A DNA stretch of 35,382 bases from the IMG/VR virus record IMGVR_UViG_3300037991_006877, positions 1-35,382 of that record; one strand, given 5' to 3'. Position 1 is the stretch's first letter; every line of letters starts with the position of its first letter. A model generated the notes under the pieces. The model worked only from the letters and a program-made list of their open reading frames with translations, searched no databases and was not told the origin of the DNA. Shown piece after piece: positions 1 through 9,537 of the stretch. Origin of the DNA: a virus (taxonomy: Duplodnaviria > Caudoviricetes). Both the position numbers and the translations under genes were made by a program.

Positions 1-576
1 TTTTAGTAAATCTGCTTTAAAACCGTGAAGTTCATCTTGGTTTTGATAAGGAAATGATAAAAATAAGAATGGATTAGCATATTCAGTAAATTTTTCTATT
101 ATATCTGCTCTAGTTAATAATCTTTTATCTACAGTCATAGTTAAACCTGCATCAACCCAAAAGAAAAACTCAGTTTCAAAAGTATTGTATATAGATGCGT
201 CGTGAAGTAAAAACATCTTAGACATTACTATAGGATTATAATATTCATAGGAACGTTGAGGTGATTTAGTTAACCAACCATGTTTTCCTGTGATATTAAT
301 CCATTCCTCGCTATTTCTAATTCCTTGACATTTATCCCAATGAGGAGCAAAATAATTATGTCTAATTCCTTCTAAATCTAAAGTAACTACCTGAGTATTT
401 TTAATATCTCTAACTTCCCATACTATATCATGTAAGTATTCTGGTAAAAATAGAATAAGATTAGCATCCATTTCTAAAAACTCTTTAAATCTAGGTATAT
501 AGATTTCTTCGAAACCTCTATCTTTTCTACCAATATCCCATAACCCGGATACTATTGTTACATTTGATCTACTCAT
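1..576 (-). CDS. HtrL/YibB (WlaTC)-like glycosyltransferase, 3' end truncated by the window edge
   Basis: Not in the ORF track; translated by hand. ATG at 576, open to base 1: MSRSNVTIVSGLWDIGR...YNPIVMSKMFLLHDASIYNTFETEFFFWVDAG. The T-I-V-(S/T)-x-x-W-D-I-G-R start and F-W-x-D-A-G motif are typical of the HtrL/YibB family. Confidence 0.7.
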   Translation of the reverse strand, partial: MSRSNVTIVSGLWDIGRKDRGFEEIYIPRFKEFLEMDANLILFLPEYLHDIVWEVRDIKNTQVVTLDLEGIRHNYFAPHWDKCQGIRNSEEWINITGKHGWLTKSPQRSYEYYNPIVMSKMFLLHDASIYNTFETEFFFWVDAGLTMTVDKRLLTRADIIEKFTEYANPFLFLSFPYQNQDELHGFKADLLK

Positions 577-579
577 CTT

Positions 580-1230
580 CTATTCTATTATTACTGGGTG
601 ATATTTGCCTTCAACTACACTTAAATTATACTGTTTCGCTGTTTTCTTTAATTCTGGTTCAAATATACCATTTATAAGTTCAGGTTTATAATAAGTATTT
701 TCTCCAACTAGGTAACCAGGAGACCCTCCAAGATCTTCTATGAAGTACCTTCCTCCTTTTTTGAGATATTGTACTAAGTTTTTAAAAGTTAATAATTGAC
801 TTAATGAAAGATGGCTTCCATCATCAATAATTATATCATATTCAAAACCTTCTAAATTTATATGGCATTGTTTCCAATCTGTTGAATCAAATATAAATGT
901 TTTTAATCTTTCTTCGTCAAATAAACAATCGGTACCAATATCAATACCATGTATTATTGCATTAGGAAAATAATCTCTCCAAGCTCTTAAGGAACCTCCT
1001 TGTTTATAATGAGGGTACATTGTGTGTATACCGGCAAAGTTATCCGGTACTTTTTCAAAGCTTCCGATACCTACTTCTAATACTCTCTTAACTTCAAATC
1101 TAGAATCCTTATACAGTTCACCATATGTTAAATGGTACTCACTCCAAACTTTATCTGTCCCCCATTTTAATAGTACTTCATCTAAATAAGGATCTACAGA
1201 TTTACGATATTCTTTAGTTAATAATGTCAT
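580..1230 (-). CDS. Class I SAM-dependent methyltransferase (sugar O-methyltransferase-like)
   Basis: GTDK, VLEVGIG, GSLRAWRDYFPNA.IHGIDI, DIIIDDGSH and GG.YFIEDL motifs. Confidence 0.8.
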   Translation of the reverse strand: MTLLTKEYRKSVDPYLDEVLLKWGTDKVWSEYHLTYGELYKDSRFEVKRVLEVGIGSFEKVPDNFAGIHTMYPHYKQGGSLRAWRDYFPNAIIHGIDIGTDCLFDEERLKTFIFDSTDWKQCHINLEGFEYDIIIDDGSHLSLSQLLTFKNLVQYLKKGGRYFIEDLGGSPGYLVGENTYYKPELINGIFEPELKKTAKQYNLSVVEGKYHPVIIE

Positions 1231-2855
1231 ACTGATTCGCGTTTTCTAAAGTAATAATCTTCTATTATTAATGCATCTAACTCTTTTCTCCAAAATATAT
1301 CAAATGCATCTCTTACTGTATTTAATATTGGTTTACCAGCAACATTAAAAGAAGTATTTAATAAAACACCAATACCTGTTTCTTTATCCATTTTAGTTAA
1401 TATTTCATATAACCATGGATTTTGTTCAGATGTTATAGTTTGAACTCTTGCTGTTCCATCGATATGTGTTATTTCAGATAATTTATCTCTGTATTCTTTT
1501 CTTACTTTAGGACAAAAAGACATCCATCTAGCTTCTCCTTCAAATTCAAAATACTTATTTACATCTTCTAATCTAACTACGGGTGCAAACGGTCTATAGT
1601 ATTCTCTACCTTTAACTTTTGCGTTAAGTATATCTTTCATATTAGGTATTTGAGGATTACATAATACACTCCTATTGCCTAAAGCTCTAGGTCCGTGTTC
1701 TGATCTTCCTCTTGCTACTCCTACTATTTTACCTTTTACTAAATCATCTACTAATTTATCGTTATCTAAAAAACTACTTACGCAGTAATGAGCATTTTGA
1801 ATATATTCTGATATAGTATCAATATCTAATAATTTTAGTCCTGAGTAAGTTAAATCAGCTGGTTCATCTGGTTTTATATTATTTAATAGCATTCCTGCTG
1901 CTAACCCGCAATCGTTAGGATTTGGTCCTATGAAAACTTCTTTATTGAATTCTTCTTTAATTCTTGTATTTAAAATAATATTTAATGCACATCCTCCAGT
2001 TATTAAAATCGGATAATCAGGCCAATCCTTCATAAAAGGTTTTGCATAAGATAAAAATACTTCTTCCCATGCTTTTTGTACAGATGCTGCTAAATCTTGA
2101 CCGTCTTTACCATTAATTCTATTTTTACTATCGAAAACTAATCCAATTTCATCACCTAAAATTGCTAATGGTTTTTCATAAGTTAATCCGTTCATCTGAG
2201 TTAAGAAGAATTTAGTTAGAGGTTCCAACCATTCTTCTCTAACATTACCATATGATGCTAATCCCATCATCTTTCCTGGATAGGTTAGGTTACCAGCTGA
2301 TACGTCTATTTCTTGTCTTATTTCACCTAAATAATGTCCGAATAACATGTAAGGTAGTCCTAAATCTAAATATTCATGAGGCGAAGTACTAGCAGGATGT
2401 GTTATTTGTTTTAATAACTGTAATTCCTTACCTCTTTTAGCAAGATAAATATTAAAACATCCATCGTTACCTCCTCCATCGAAAGAAAAAATTAATGCTT
2501 TATCGTAAGGTGATTGGTAAAATGCACCGGCAGCATGCGAATGATGATGTTTACAATGTATATAAGTTTTAGCAGGAAAATCTTTTTCTAAATGAAACTT
2601 TTCTTCTCCTATATTTACATCAGTATTTTGATATAATACATTATCGAATTCACTTACATTAAATTTATCACAAACCCATTTAGATAAAAACTTACTATAA
2701 AATAGAATATCATCAGCTTTAAAAGTTTTATATTGAGAAAGACCTTGATTTTTTTCATTAACAATCCTTTCAAGTTCAGTTACTAAAACAACTTTACCAT
2801 CTATTTCTACAGCAAGAGCTGCATTATGAGAACCGTATAATGCTAAATTAATCAT
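1227..2855 (-). CDS. Carbamoyltransferase, NodU/CmcH/TobZ family
   Basis: SHNAA, HH.SHAAGAFYQSP, FDGGG, GK.MGLASYG, GGCALN, PND.G, E.GPRALGNRS, RE.YRPFAP, H.DGTARVQT and LLNTSFN motifs. Confidence 0.93.
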   Translation of the reverse strand: MINLALYGSHNAALAVEIDGKVVLVTELERIVNEKNQGLSQYKTFKADDILFYSKFLSKWVCDKFNVSEFDNVLYQNTDVNIGEEKFHLEKDFPAKTYIHCKHHHSHAAGAFYQSPYDKALIFSFDGGGNDGCFNIYLAKRGKELQLLKQITHPASTSPHEYLDLGLPYMLFGHYLGEIRQEIDVSAGNLTYPGKMMGLASYGNVREEWLEPLTKFFLTQMNGLTYEKPLAILGDEIGLVFDSKNRINGKDGQDLAASVQKAWEEVFLSYAKPFMKDWPDYPILITGGCALNIILNTRIKEEFNKEVFIGPNPNDCGLAAGMLLNNIKPDEPADLTYSGLKLLDIDTISEYIQNAHYCVSSFLDNDKLVDDLVKGKIVGVARGRSEHGPRALGNRSVLCNPQIPNMKDILNAKVKGREYYRPFAPVVRLEDVNKYFEFEGEARWMSFCPKVRKEYRDKLSEITHIDGTARVQTITSEQNPWLYEILTKMDKETGIGVLLNTSFNVAGKPILNTVRDAFDIFWRKELDALIIEDYYFRKRESV

Positions 2856-4119
2856 CTAATAAATTTACTTCTTTTCTTTCTGCCCAACCTCGTTTTTCAC
2901 TATGACCCCAATATACTACTCTTGCTGGGGTTTTAGCACTTAATATTGCTTTTTCGAAGTGTATAGGTTTACCTAAAGTAAAGAACTCTTCTATTTCTTC
3001 TTTTTCAATATATTGACTGTCTATATTTTCTCCTTTTTCATCATCAAATGCTACTAGTATAAAATTATAATCTTTTTCAGGTAGATCATCTGGTGTTATA
3101 TGTACTAAATGGTAAGTTGATCTCATAAAAGAATCTAACCATTTTTGCTCATCTAATATTATAGGATTAGGAGGTAAGTTATCATGTGCAGTATATTCTT
3201 GAACTGCTCTTAATTTAAAATTAATACCAGCATATTTTTCATAATCTCTTAACGATCTTACCTTACCTAAATCGTATCCTGTAAGATCAAATCCATTATT
3301 TTCAGTTCTTAATAACTGTCTTATTTTTGCTCTTCCAATATCTTGTTGAGTAAACCAAGAATTATCACCTCTTTTATGTTGATCATCCCATGCTAATATT
3401 CCTTGTCTTTCTTCCCTCATAGTAGCATGCCATATTATTATTTTATGCGGGTGAAATAAATCATATCCATGAGTATAACTTCTGACAGTTAAATTTAATT
3501 CTTCTCCTGCAAACCATATATCAGTGTCATGTTTTATTTCTTTAGCCCATTTATTTCTTCCAAAACAAAAATGACCAGAACAAAATCTAGCAGGTACAGG
3601 TTTTTTCTTATTTTTCCAATCTCTTAATAATGTAGGTTGAATAAAAATAGTACCATGAGGATAAAAACTATTAAATCTAGTCATCCAAGGTTCTTTGGTT
3701 CTACCATGTGGTTCATCGAAAGGCTTATATTCTGGTAGGTACCCTGTTAAAAGTGGTTTATATCCGTCTTTTTCCAGGTTAGAATGCATGTCTATAAGCT
3801 CTTTATCCCAGTTTTTAATAAATCTATGATGAGAATCTAGCTGTAAAACATAATCTTCTTTTTCCAATAATTCTTCATTTATAATTGCTCTAGCATAAGG
3901 TAGTCCTTTTGCTTCTTCATGAGGCATATCATAAATTTTAAATCTTTTATCTTTTCTATATTTATCTAAATTATCAAATTTATCGTCAGGATGAAACTGT
4001 CTACATATACCAAAGATTATTCTTTTAGGATTACTTGCTTGTTTAAGAGCATCCTCTATAGTCGGTATTAGTTCAGGTTCTCTATATGCTGGGAGATGAA
4101 CAAATATTTTAGCTTGCAT
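2848..4119 (-). CDS. GT60/Gnt1-like (Skp1-hydroxyproline GlcNAc transferase family) glycosyltransferase, paralog 2
   Basis: IFVHLPAYRE, QLDSHHRF (DxH), SGHFCF, FAGEE, R.YTHGYDL.P. The ORF opens at 4146, but the ATG at 4119 (MQAKIFV) aligns with the paralog start and overlaps the upstream stop. Confidence 0.8.
   Translation of the reverse strand: MQAKIFVHLPAYREPELIPTIEDALKQASNPKRIIFGICRQFHPDDKFDNLDKYRKDKRFKIYDMPHEEAKGLPYARAIINEELLEKEDYVLQLDSHHRFIKNWDKELIDMHSNLEKDGYKPLLTGYLPEYKPFDEPHGRTKEPWMTRFNSFYPHGTIFIQPTLLRDWKNKKKPVPARFCSGHFCFGRNKWAKEIKHDTDIWFAGEELNLTVRSYTHGYDLFHPHKIIIWHATMREERQGILAWDDQHKRGDNSWFTQQDIGRAKIRQLLRTENNGFDLTGYDLGKVRSLRDYEKYAGINFKLRAVQEYTAHDNLPPNPIILDEQKWLDSFMRSTYHLVHITPDDLPEKDYNFILVAFDDEKGENIDSQYIEKEEIEEFFTLGKPIHFEKAILSAKTPARVVYWGHSEKRGWAERKEVNLLDD
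3815..3847. repeat. 33-bp exact direct repeat, copy 1 (copy 2 at 5085-5117)
   Basis: TTAATAAATCTATGATGAGAATCTAGCTGTAAA occurs in both GT paralogs and encodes LQLDSHHRFIK. Confidence 0.9.
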
Positions 4120-5389
4120 CAAATCTGTGCTCGTATCGATCGACATATCCGTGTTTTTTAGAATTAGGCCATATTACTACTTTAGTAGGCATTGGCCCGT
4201 AAAACTCTTTCCATATATGAATAAAATTATCTGAAGGAGTTTCAGCTAATAACCTATCTAGTTCTTCTTTAGGTAAATCTTCTCTAAATATTACATCATC
4301 TGGTTCTTCTCCTTCAAATGAGACAACGCAAAAAATATAATCATCATATTTAAAATGACTTCTATGAAGATCTACACAAAATTTTTGATAACTTAATAAT
4401 GTTTGTGACCACTCTTCACCTTCACCTGGGGGTGGATTAGGAGGGGTTTTATGTTTAAGGGTATATCCTTGTAATTTTTTACTACTAAAATCTATTCCAG
4501 CATATCTTTCATAGTCTGTAAATTTTCTTTCTTTACCAAAAGCATATGGTTTTAATTGCTTCAATTGGCATGGTCTACATTTTACTCTTCCTATACTCAA
4601 TAACATTCTTACTCTAGCAAAAGATAATTGATCTCTTTCATTAAAATTTTTATGATCTCCCCAGTGCTTTTTATCAAAGTCTCTTCCATAATGATGCCAT
4701 GCAAAAACTTTATGTGGTGATAGTAAATCATAACCATGAGTATATGCTCTTACTGCCATAGTAATTTCTTCTCCATGAAAATATAAAGAAGGATCATATA
4801 GTACTTCTCTATTAAACTCACCCATAGTAAAAGCAAAGTGAGCTGAGAAGAACCTAGCAGGTATAGGTAAACTGCATTCTTTGTAATTATCTATTGTATG
4901 AGGTCTAGTATGTAATGGTCCTTCAGGTGCAAATCTATCAAATGTTAAATACCATGGTTCTTCAACTCTTCCTTTAGGATCATTTTTAGGATCATAAGAA
5001 GGTATATAAGAAGTAATTAATGGTTTTTGATAACCTGCTTTGACACAATCGAAAAACGTATTAATAAGTTCTGCATCCCAATGCTTAATAAATCTATGAT
5101 GAGAATCTAGCTGTAAAGTAAATTGTTCATCTTCCCATAATTTTTGTATTTCAGCTCTTGCATAACATACTCCTTTAGCATCTTTATAATCCATATCGAT
5201 GACTCTAAATCTTTCATCGTCTTCATACTTCTCTAAGTTATCCCATTTATCATCTTCACTACGTTGATGACATATACCAAAAACTAATCTTTCTGGATAT
5301 TTAGCTTTATCTATAGCATCTTCTATAGTAGGTATCAATTCTGGATCTCTATAACTTGCTATATTAATAAAAATATAATTTTCTCTCAT
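4109..5389 (-). CDS. GT60/Gnt1-like glycosyltransferase, paralog 1
   Basis: IFINIASYRDPEL, GVCYAR, LQLDSHHRF, SAHFAF, FHGEE, RAYTHGYDL.P, YERYAGIDF. Confidence 0.82.
   Translation of the reverse strand: MRENYIFINIASYRDPELIPTIEDAIDKAKYPERLVFGICHQRSEDDKWDNLEKYEDDERFRVIDMDYKDAKGVCYARAEIQKLWEDEQFTLQLDSHHRFIKHWDAELINTFFDCVKAGYQKPLITSYIPSYDPKNDPKGRVEEPWYLTFDRFAPEGPLHTRPHTIDNYKECSLPIPARFFSAHFAFTMGEFNREVLYDPSLYFHGEEITMAVRAYTHGYDLLSPHKVFAWHHYGRDFDKKHWGDHKNFNERDQLSFARVRMLLSIGRVKCRPCQLKQLKPYAFGKERKFTDYERYAGIDFSSKKLQGYTLKHKTPPNPPPGEGEEWSQTLLSYQKFCVDLHRSHFKYDDYIFCVVSFEGEEPDDVIFREDLPKEELDRLLAETPSDNFIHIWKEFYGPMPTKVVIWPNSKKHGYVDRYEHRFDAS
5085..5117. repeat. 33-bp exact direct repeat, copy 2
   Basis: Identical to 3815-3847. 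Confidence 0.9.
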
Positions 5390-5399
5390 GTAACTTTAC

Positions 5400-7118
5400 T
5401 TAACCATCACAACTTAAACAATCTTCAGATGTTCTTGAACCAATATCTCCATTGATTACAGAATCTGTTCTTAAATAATATAAGGTTTTTATTCCTAACT
5501 TCCAAGCAGTTTGATGTACTAAATTAATAAACTTTGGACTATCATTAGGATCAAATGCTAAATTTAATGATTGAGTTTGATCTATATATTTTTGTCTAGC
5601 AGCTGCTTGTTCTACTAAACCTAATTGATTTATTTCTGAAAAAGTAAGAAATATCTTTTTATCTCCATTAGGACAAATACTATCAGGTAAATTAGCTACT
5701 GAACCTCTATCTTTCATTATTTGATCCCATACTTCATCTGTATTTGCTCCTTTTTCTTCTAAATATTGCTCTAAAGCAGGATTCTTCCTTATAAAAGTAC
5801 CTTTAGCTGAATTAAAAGTATATACGTTAGCAGGTAAAGGTTCAATACCGGCAGATATTCCACCTGTAATGGTAGAGTTAGAAACTGTAGGTGCTATTGC
5901 TAAAACGTGAGTATTTCTCATACCTGTTCCTCTACACCATACAGGTTCACCATATTCATCTGCTAATTTTCTAGAAGCAGTATCTGCTTGATTTTTTATT
6001 TGAGAAAATATCTTATGAGTCCATGAAGTAGCTTCTATAGAAACAAAAGGAATTCTTTTTTGTTGTAAAAATGTTTGCCATCCTAATACTCCTAAACCAA
6101 TAGCTCTACCTTTTTTAGCAGATCTATGCGCTCTAACTAATGATTCTCTACCAGAAGTTTTATTTAAAAATTCTTCCATTACCCCATCAAGAAAATATAC
6201 ACTAGTTTCTACTAAATCAGTATTCTTCCATTCATCATATTTAGCTAAATTTAAAGAAGATAAACAACATATAAATGAATGTTCTTCATCAGTATATAAA
6301 GTGATTTCTGAGCATATATTAGTCATAGTCACATCTAAATTGTTCTTTACATATGCAGGAGGATTAGCATTATTTACATTATCTTTAAACATTATATATG
6401 GCTCCCCAGTTTCCATTCTAGATTTAAGAATTTGTATCCATAAATCTCTTGCTTCTGTATTATTTCTTTCAAGTTTTTGCATAAATTCGTCATCAACTAC
6501 TACGCATTGATGTAAATTTAAACATTGTCTATTAGGATCTCCTTTGGGTCTTCTTATTTGTAAAAACTCATCAATATCTGGGTGATTTATATCTAGATTA
6601 ACAGATGCTGCACCTCTTCTAACTGCTCCTTGATTAGTAGCAATTATAGTAGAATCATATATTTTAGCCCAAGGTACTACACCTTCAGAATTACCTAAAT
6701 TTTGATGTCCTCCAATATTTGCTCCTCTACCTCTAATTTTTGATAGTCCTATACCAACTCCTCCACCTAGAGAAGTTAATCTCATCAATTCTGCGTTTGT
6801 TAATCCTATTCCTCTAATAGAATCTGGAGTATCTATACCAAAACAACTAATTGGTAATCCTCTATCAGTACCGGTATTAGATAATACTGGGGAAGCAAGG
6901 TTTAACCACCCTTTCCACATATATCTAAAAAATTTATTAGCTAAATCTGGTCTATCTAATCTTTGTGCAACTCTATTAGCAACTCTTTTGTATGCTAATC
7001 TAGGGGTTTCATCAGGTAGTAAGTAACCTTTAGAAATAGTAGCTAAAGAAACCTCGGTCATCCAATCAGGATAATCTTTGCCTTTTTCCCACTGGGAAAT
7101 ATCGCTTATATAAGACAT
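5400..7118 (-). CDS. nrdA: Class I ribonucleotide reductase alpha subunit (compact, no ATP cone)
   Basis: ASPVLSN, ISCF, GGGVG, QG.VRRGA, TNICSEI (N-x-C-x-E), APTVS, KTLYY, C-terminal CLSC. Confidence 0.96.
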   Translation of the reverse strand: MSYISDISQWEKGKDYPDWMTEVSLATISKGYLLPDETPRLAYKRVANRVAQRLDRPDLANKFFRYMWKGWLNLASPVLSNTGTDRGLPISCFGIDTPDSIRGIGLTNAELMRLTSLGGGVGIGLSKIRGRGANIGGHQNLGNSEGVVPWAKIYDSTIIATNQGAVRRGAASVNLDINHPDIDEFLQIRRPKGDPNRQCLNLHQCVVVDDEFMQKLERNNTEARDLWIQILKSRMETGEPYIMFKDNVNNANPPAYVKNNLDVTMTNICSEITLYTDEEHSFICCLSSLNLAKYDEWKNTDLVETSVYFLDGVMEEFLNKTSGRESLVRAHRSAKKGRAIGLGVLGWQTFLQQKRIPFVSIEATSWTHKIFSQIKNQADTASRKLADEYGEPVWCRGTGMRNTHVLAIAPTVSNSTITGGISAGIEPLPANVYTFNSAKGTFIRKNPALEQYLEEKGANTDEVWDQIMKDRGSVANLPDSICPNGDKKIFLTFSEINQLGLVEQAAARQKYIDQTQSLNLAFDPNDSPKFINLVHQTAWKLGIKTLYYLRTDSVINGDIGSRTSEDCLSCDG

Positions 7119-7129
7119 TAATTAATAAT

Positions 7130-8107
7130 TTAAAATGCGTTAGACCAATCTACAGTTCCTTTTGAGTAATTAGTAACTCTATTAGCAAAGAAATCAGTTT
7201 GTTGTTTACCTGCAATTACTGCATCAAACCATTTCATAGTTTTTAACGCTCCTTTATCTATTTCTGAAGAAGGAACTATAGGTTCTAATCCTAAGTCACT
7301 CATTTTGGTATTAACTCTATGTTTAATAAAATTTTTCAATTCGTCCTTAGTAAGATTTTCTAAATCTCCTAATTCAAATACTTTGTCAATGAAATCAAAT
7401 TCTAATTTTAAAGCAAGTTCAGCAGCTTCTGCTATTTCTTTTTGTAATTTTTTTGTTTTAAATTCAGGATGTTCTTTCATCAAAGTCCTAAATAACCAAC
7501 AGCCTGCATCTGAGTGTAGTGATTCATCTCTTACAGACCATTCTACTATTTGTCCAATACCTTTAAGTTTATTTCTCATTTTAAACGATAGAAGAACCGC
7601 AAAAGAAGAAAATAAATTAACTCCTTCTGTAAACGCAGAAAAAATAGCTAATGATTTAGCTCTTTCTTTCCAATTAGGTTTACCGTCGTGAGAATCTCTT
7701 ACTTCCATTAAAGCTTCTATTTTATTCATTGTAGCTTCATCTTCTAAAAATTCAGCAAAGTCATCTAAACCTAACTGCTCATTTAATAATGAATAAGCTT
7801 CAGCATGAATAGTTTCAAATGCTCCAAAAGTAGTAGCCATTGCAATAACTTCTGGTTTTCTAAACCACTTAGTAACTAATCCTGTCCAATAATCATTTAC
7901 TACGGTTTCAGTTTGAGCAAAACCTTTAAGAATAGCTCCTACTAAGTTCTTTTCAGAATCTGTTAAAGATGATTTCCAATCGGTAACGTCCTGAGCCATA
8001 GGTACCTCAGTATGTAACCAGTGTGCTTGTTGTTGTTTCATCCAATAATCGAAAGCTTTTGGATATTCAAACGGTTTATAAACTATTCTTTCCTTCGTTA
8101 AACTCAT
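7130..8107 (-). CDS. nrdB: Class I ribonucleotide reductase beta subunit
   Basis: YKPFEYP, W..TEVP, ETIHAEAY (E-x-x-H-x-x-x-Y), EGVNLFSSF, RDESLH, DFF..RVTNY. Confidence 0.96.
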   Translation of the reverse strand: MSLTKERIVYKPFEYPKAFDYWMKQQQAHWLHTEVPMAQDVTDWKSSLTDSEKNLVGAILKGFAQTETVVNDYWTGLVTKWFRKPEVIAMATTFGAFETIHAEAYSLLNEQLGLDDFAEFLEDEATMNKIEALMEVRDSHDGKPNWKERAKSLAIFSAFTEGVNLFSSFAVLLSFKMRNKLKGIGQIVEWSVRDESLHSDAGCWLFRTLMKEHPEFKTKKLQKEIAEAAELALKLEFDFIDKVFELGDLENLTKDELKNFIKHRVNTKMSDLGLEPIVPSSEIDKGALKTMKWFDAVIAGKQQTDFFANRVTNYSKGTVDWSNAF

Positions 8108-8136
8108 AAATTTAATTTTTATATAATTATAGACAG

Positions 8137-8163
8137 CAAAATCTCCTCAAGTACGTAGGAGAT
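8137..8163 (-). terminator. Hairpin between helicase and nrdB (weak terminator or leader hairpin)
   Basis: ATCTCCT-N9-AGGAGAT (8141-8163), a perfect 7-bp stem followed by TTTG on the minus strand. Confidence 0.4.
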
Positions 8164-8167
8164 CTAG

Positions 8168-8175
8168 AATAAATA
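8168..8175 (-). promoter_or_regulatory. TATTTATT variant of the recurrent box, upstream of nrdB
   Basis: One mismatch to the TATTTATA box found in six other intergenic positions. Confidence 0.35.
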
Positions 8176-8185
8176 GCATATATAT

Positions 8186-9532
8186 TTAGGTTTTTCCAAA
8201 TAAATCTGCCATTTTTTCTGGTGAAAGATTAAAGTTAGGAGAATCATCATCTTTCACTAATTCATCCAAGTCTGTTTTACCTTCAATCTCAATATGTCCG
8301 TTGTTAGTATTCATTTTAATATTATAGGTCATACCGTCTTGTCCGTAACGATTTTTCATTATATGAAAACGGCCTGTACCTAGTACTTTATCTTCTTTCA
8401 TTCTTGAAAGCGATATACAAATATCTGCAACCATCATTTTATCATATGATCCGGCTGCTTTATCACCTTCAATTATACTATCTCTTGCTCCCATTCTATT
8501 TACCTGAGAAGGAGTAAGGATAGGTATATTAAGTTCTTTTGCTAATCCTTTTGCAGCAATAAAACTATCATCTATTTCATCTTTTCTTTCACTATATTTT
8601 CCTCTAGATGGTGCTTTTAAATAATCAACATAATCGATTATTACTAAATCAGGTTTATGCTCTAAATCCATACATCTTTGTATATGAGCTTTAATCGTAC
8701 TAATGCTAGCTTGTTTAGGAGCATATTCTTTTACAATCAACTTACCTTTAAGGTTATCTATATGAGTTTCTACATCCTTACGATGATTATTTACTTCTTC
8801 TATCCCATATCCTGTAAAATAACAGTCAAAACGTTTTCCTACATAATCTTCTCCGAGTTCCAAAGTATAATAATTAACCTTGTACCCAAGCTGAACAGCA
8901 TGAGCGGCAATAGCAACCATAGTCCAACTTTTACCGCCACCAGGGCTACCAAAAACGATACCCAAATCCCCAGGACCGAACCCACCTTGGATACCATTAT
9001 TAAGGATAGGCCAAGGAGTAGGAATAGTAGGACGGTAGTCAACACGATAACGTGATTCAATATCTTTATTATATTCATGACCAATACTTTTATCCATACC
9101 GGCTTTTATAGCCTTTTCAACTAGGTTTCTTATACCATCAAAGTCGCCACTTTTAAGTAAGTCAGCAGAATCTAAAATAGCAGATTTCATTTCCTGATTT
9201 CTACAGAAAGAAGTAAATTCTTCTTCAACGTAGTCTAAATCTTCTTGTGATGCAGCATATGAGTTTCTTAACTCTTCTTTTAAAGCTGTCATTAATACGT
9301 CATTATCTACTTTTTGAAGTTCTGCTTTAAGAACATCCATAGTAATGGTAGTATTATATTTATCAAAATACTTTAATACTTTATCAACTACCCATTTATG
9401 AGTATCAGTATCAAAATATTCAGATTTTAAGGTATCTCTAACATTTATTAAGAAATCTTTCTGGGTAAGTAACGCTCCTAGTACTTTTATTTGAAATCCT
9501 TTACCGTATGCTGATAATTTCTGTAATGTCAT
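8186..9532 (-). CDS. dnaB: DnaB/T4 gp41-like replicative helicase
   Basis: Walker A GSPGGGKS, YYTLEL, VIIDYVD, SQVNR, KNRYG. Confidence 0.92.
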   Translation of the reverse strand: MTLQKLSAYGKGFQIKVLGALLTQKDFLINVRDTLKSEYFDTDTHKWVVDKVLKYFDKYNTTITMDVLKAELQKVDNDVLMTALKEELRNSYAASQEDLDYVEEEFTSFCRNQEMKSAILDSADLLKSGDFDGIRNLVEKAIKAGMDKSIGHEYNKDIESRYRVDYRPTIPTPWPILNNGIQGGFGPGDLGIVFGSPGGGKSWTMVAIAAHAVQLGYKVNYYTLELGEDYVGKRFDCYFTGYGIEEVNNHRKDVETHIDNLKGKLIVKEYAPKQASISTIKAHIQRCMDLEHKPDLVIIDYVDYLKAPSRGKYSERKDEIDDSFIAAKGLAKELNIPILTPSQVNRMGARDSIIEGDKAAGSYDKMMVADICISLSRMKEDKVLGTGRFHIMKNRYGQDGMTYNIKMNTNNGHIEIEGKTDLDELVKDDDSPNFNLSPEKMADLFGKT

Positions 9533-9537
9533 ATAAC

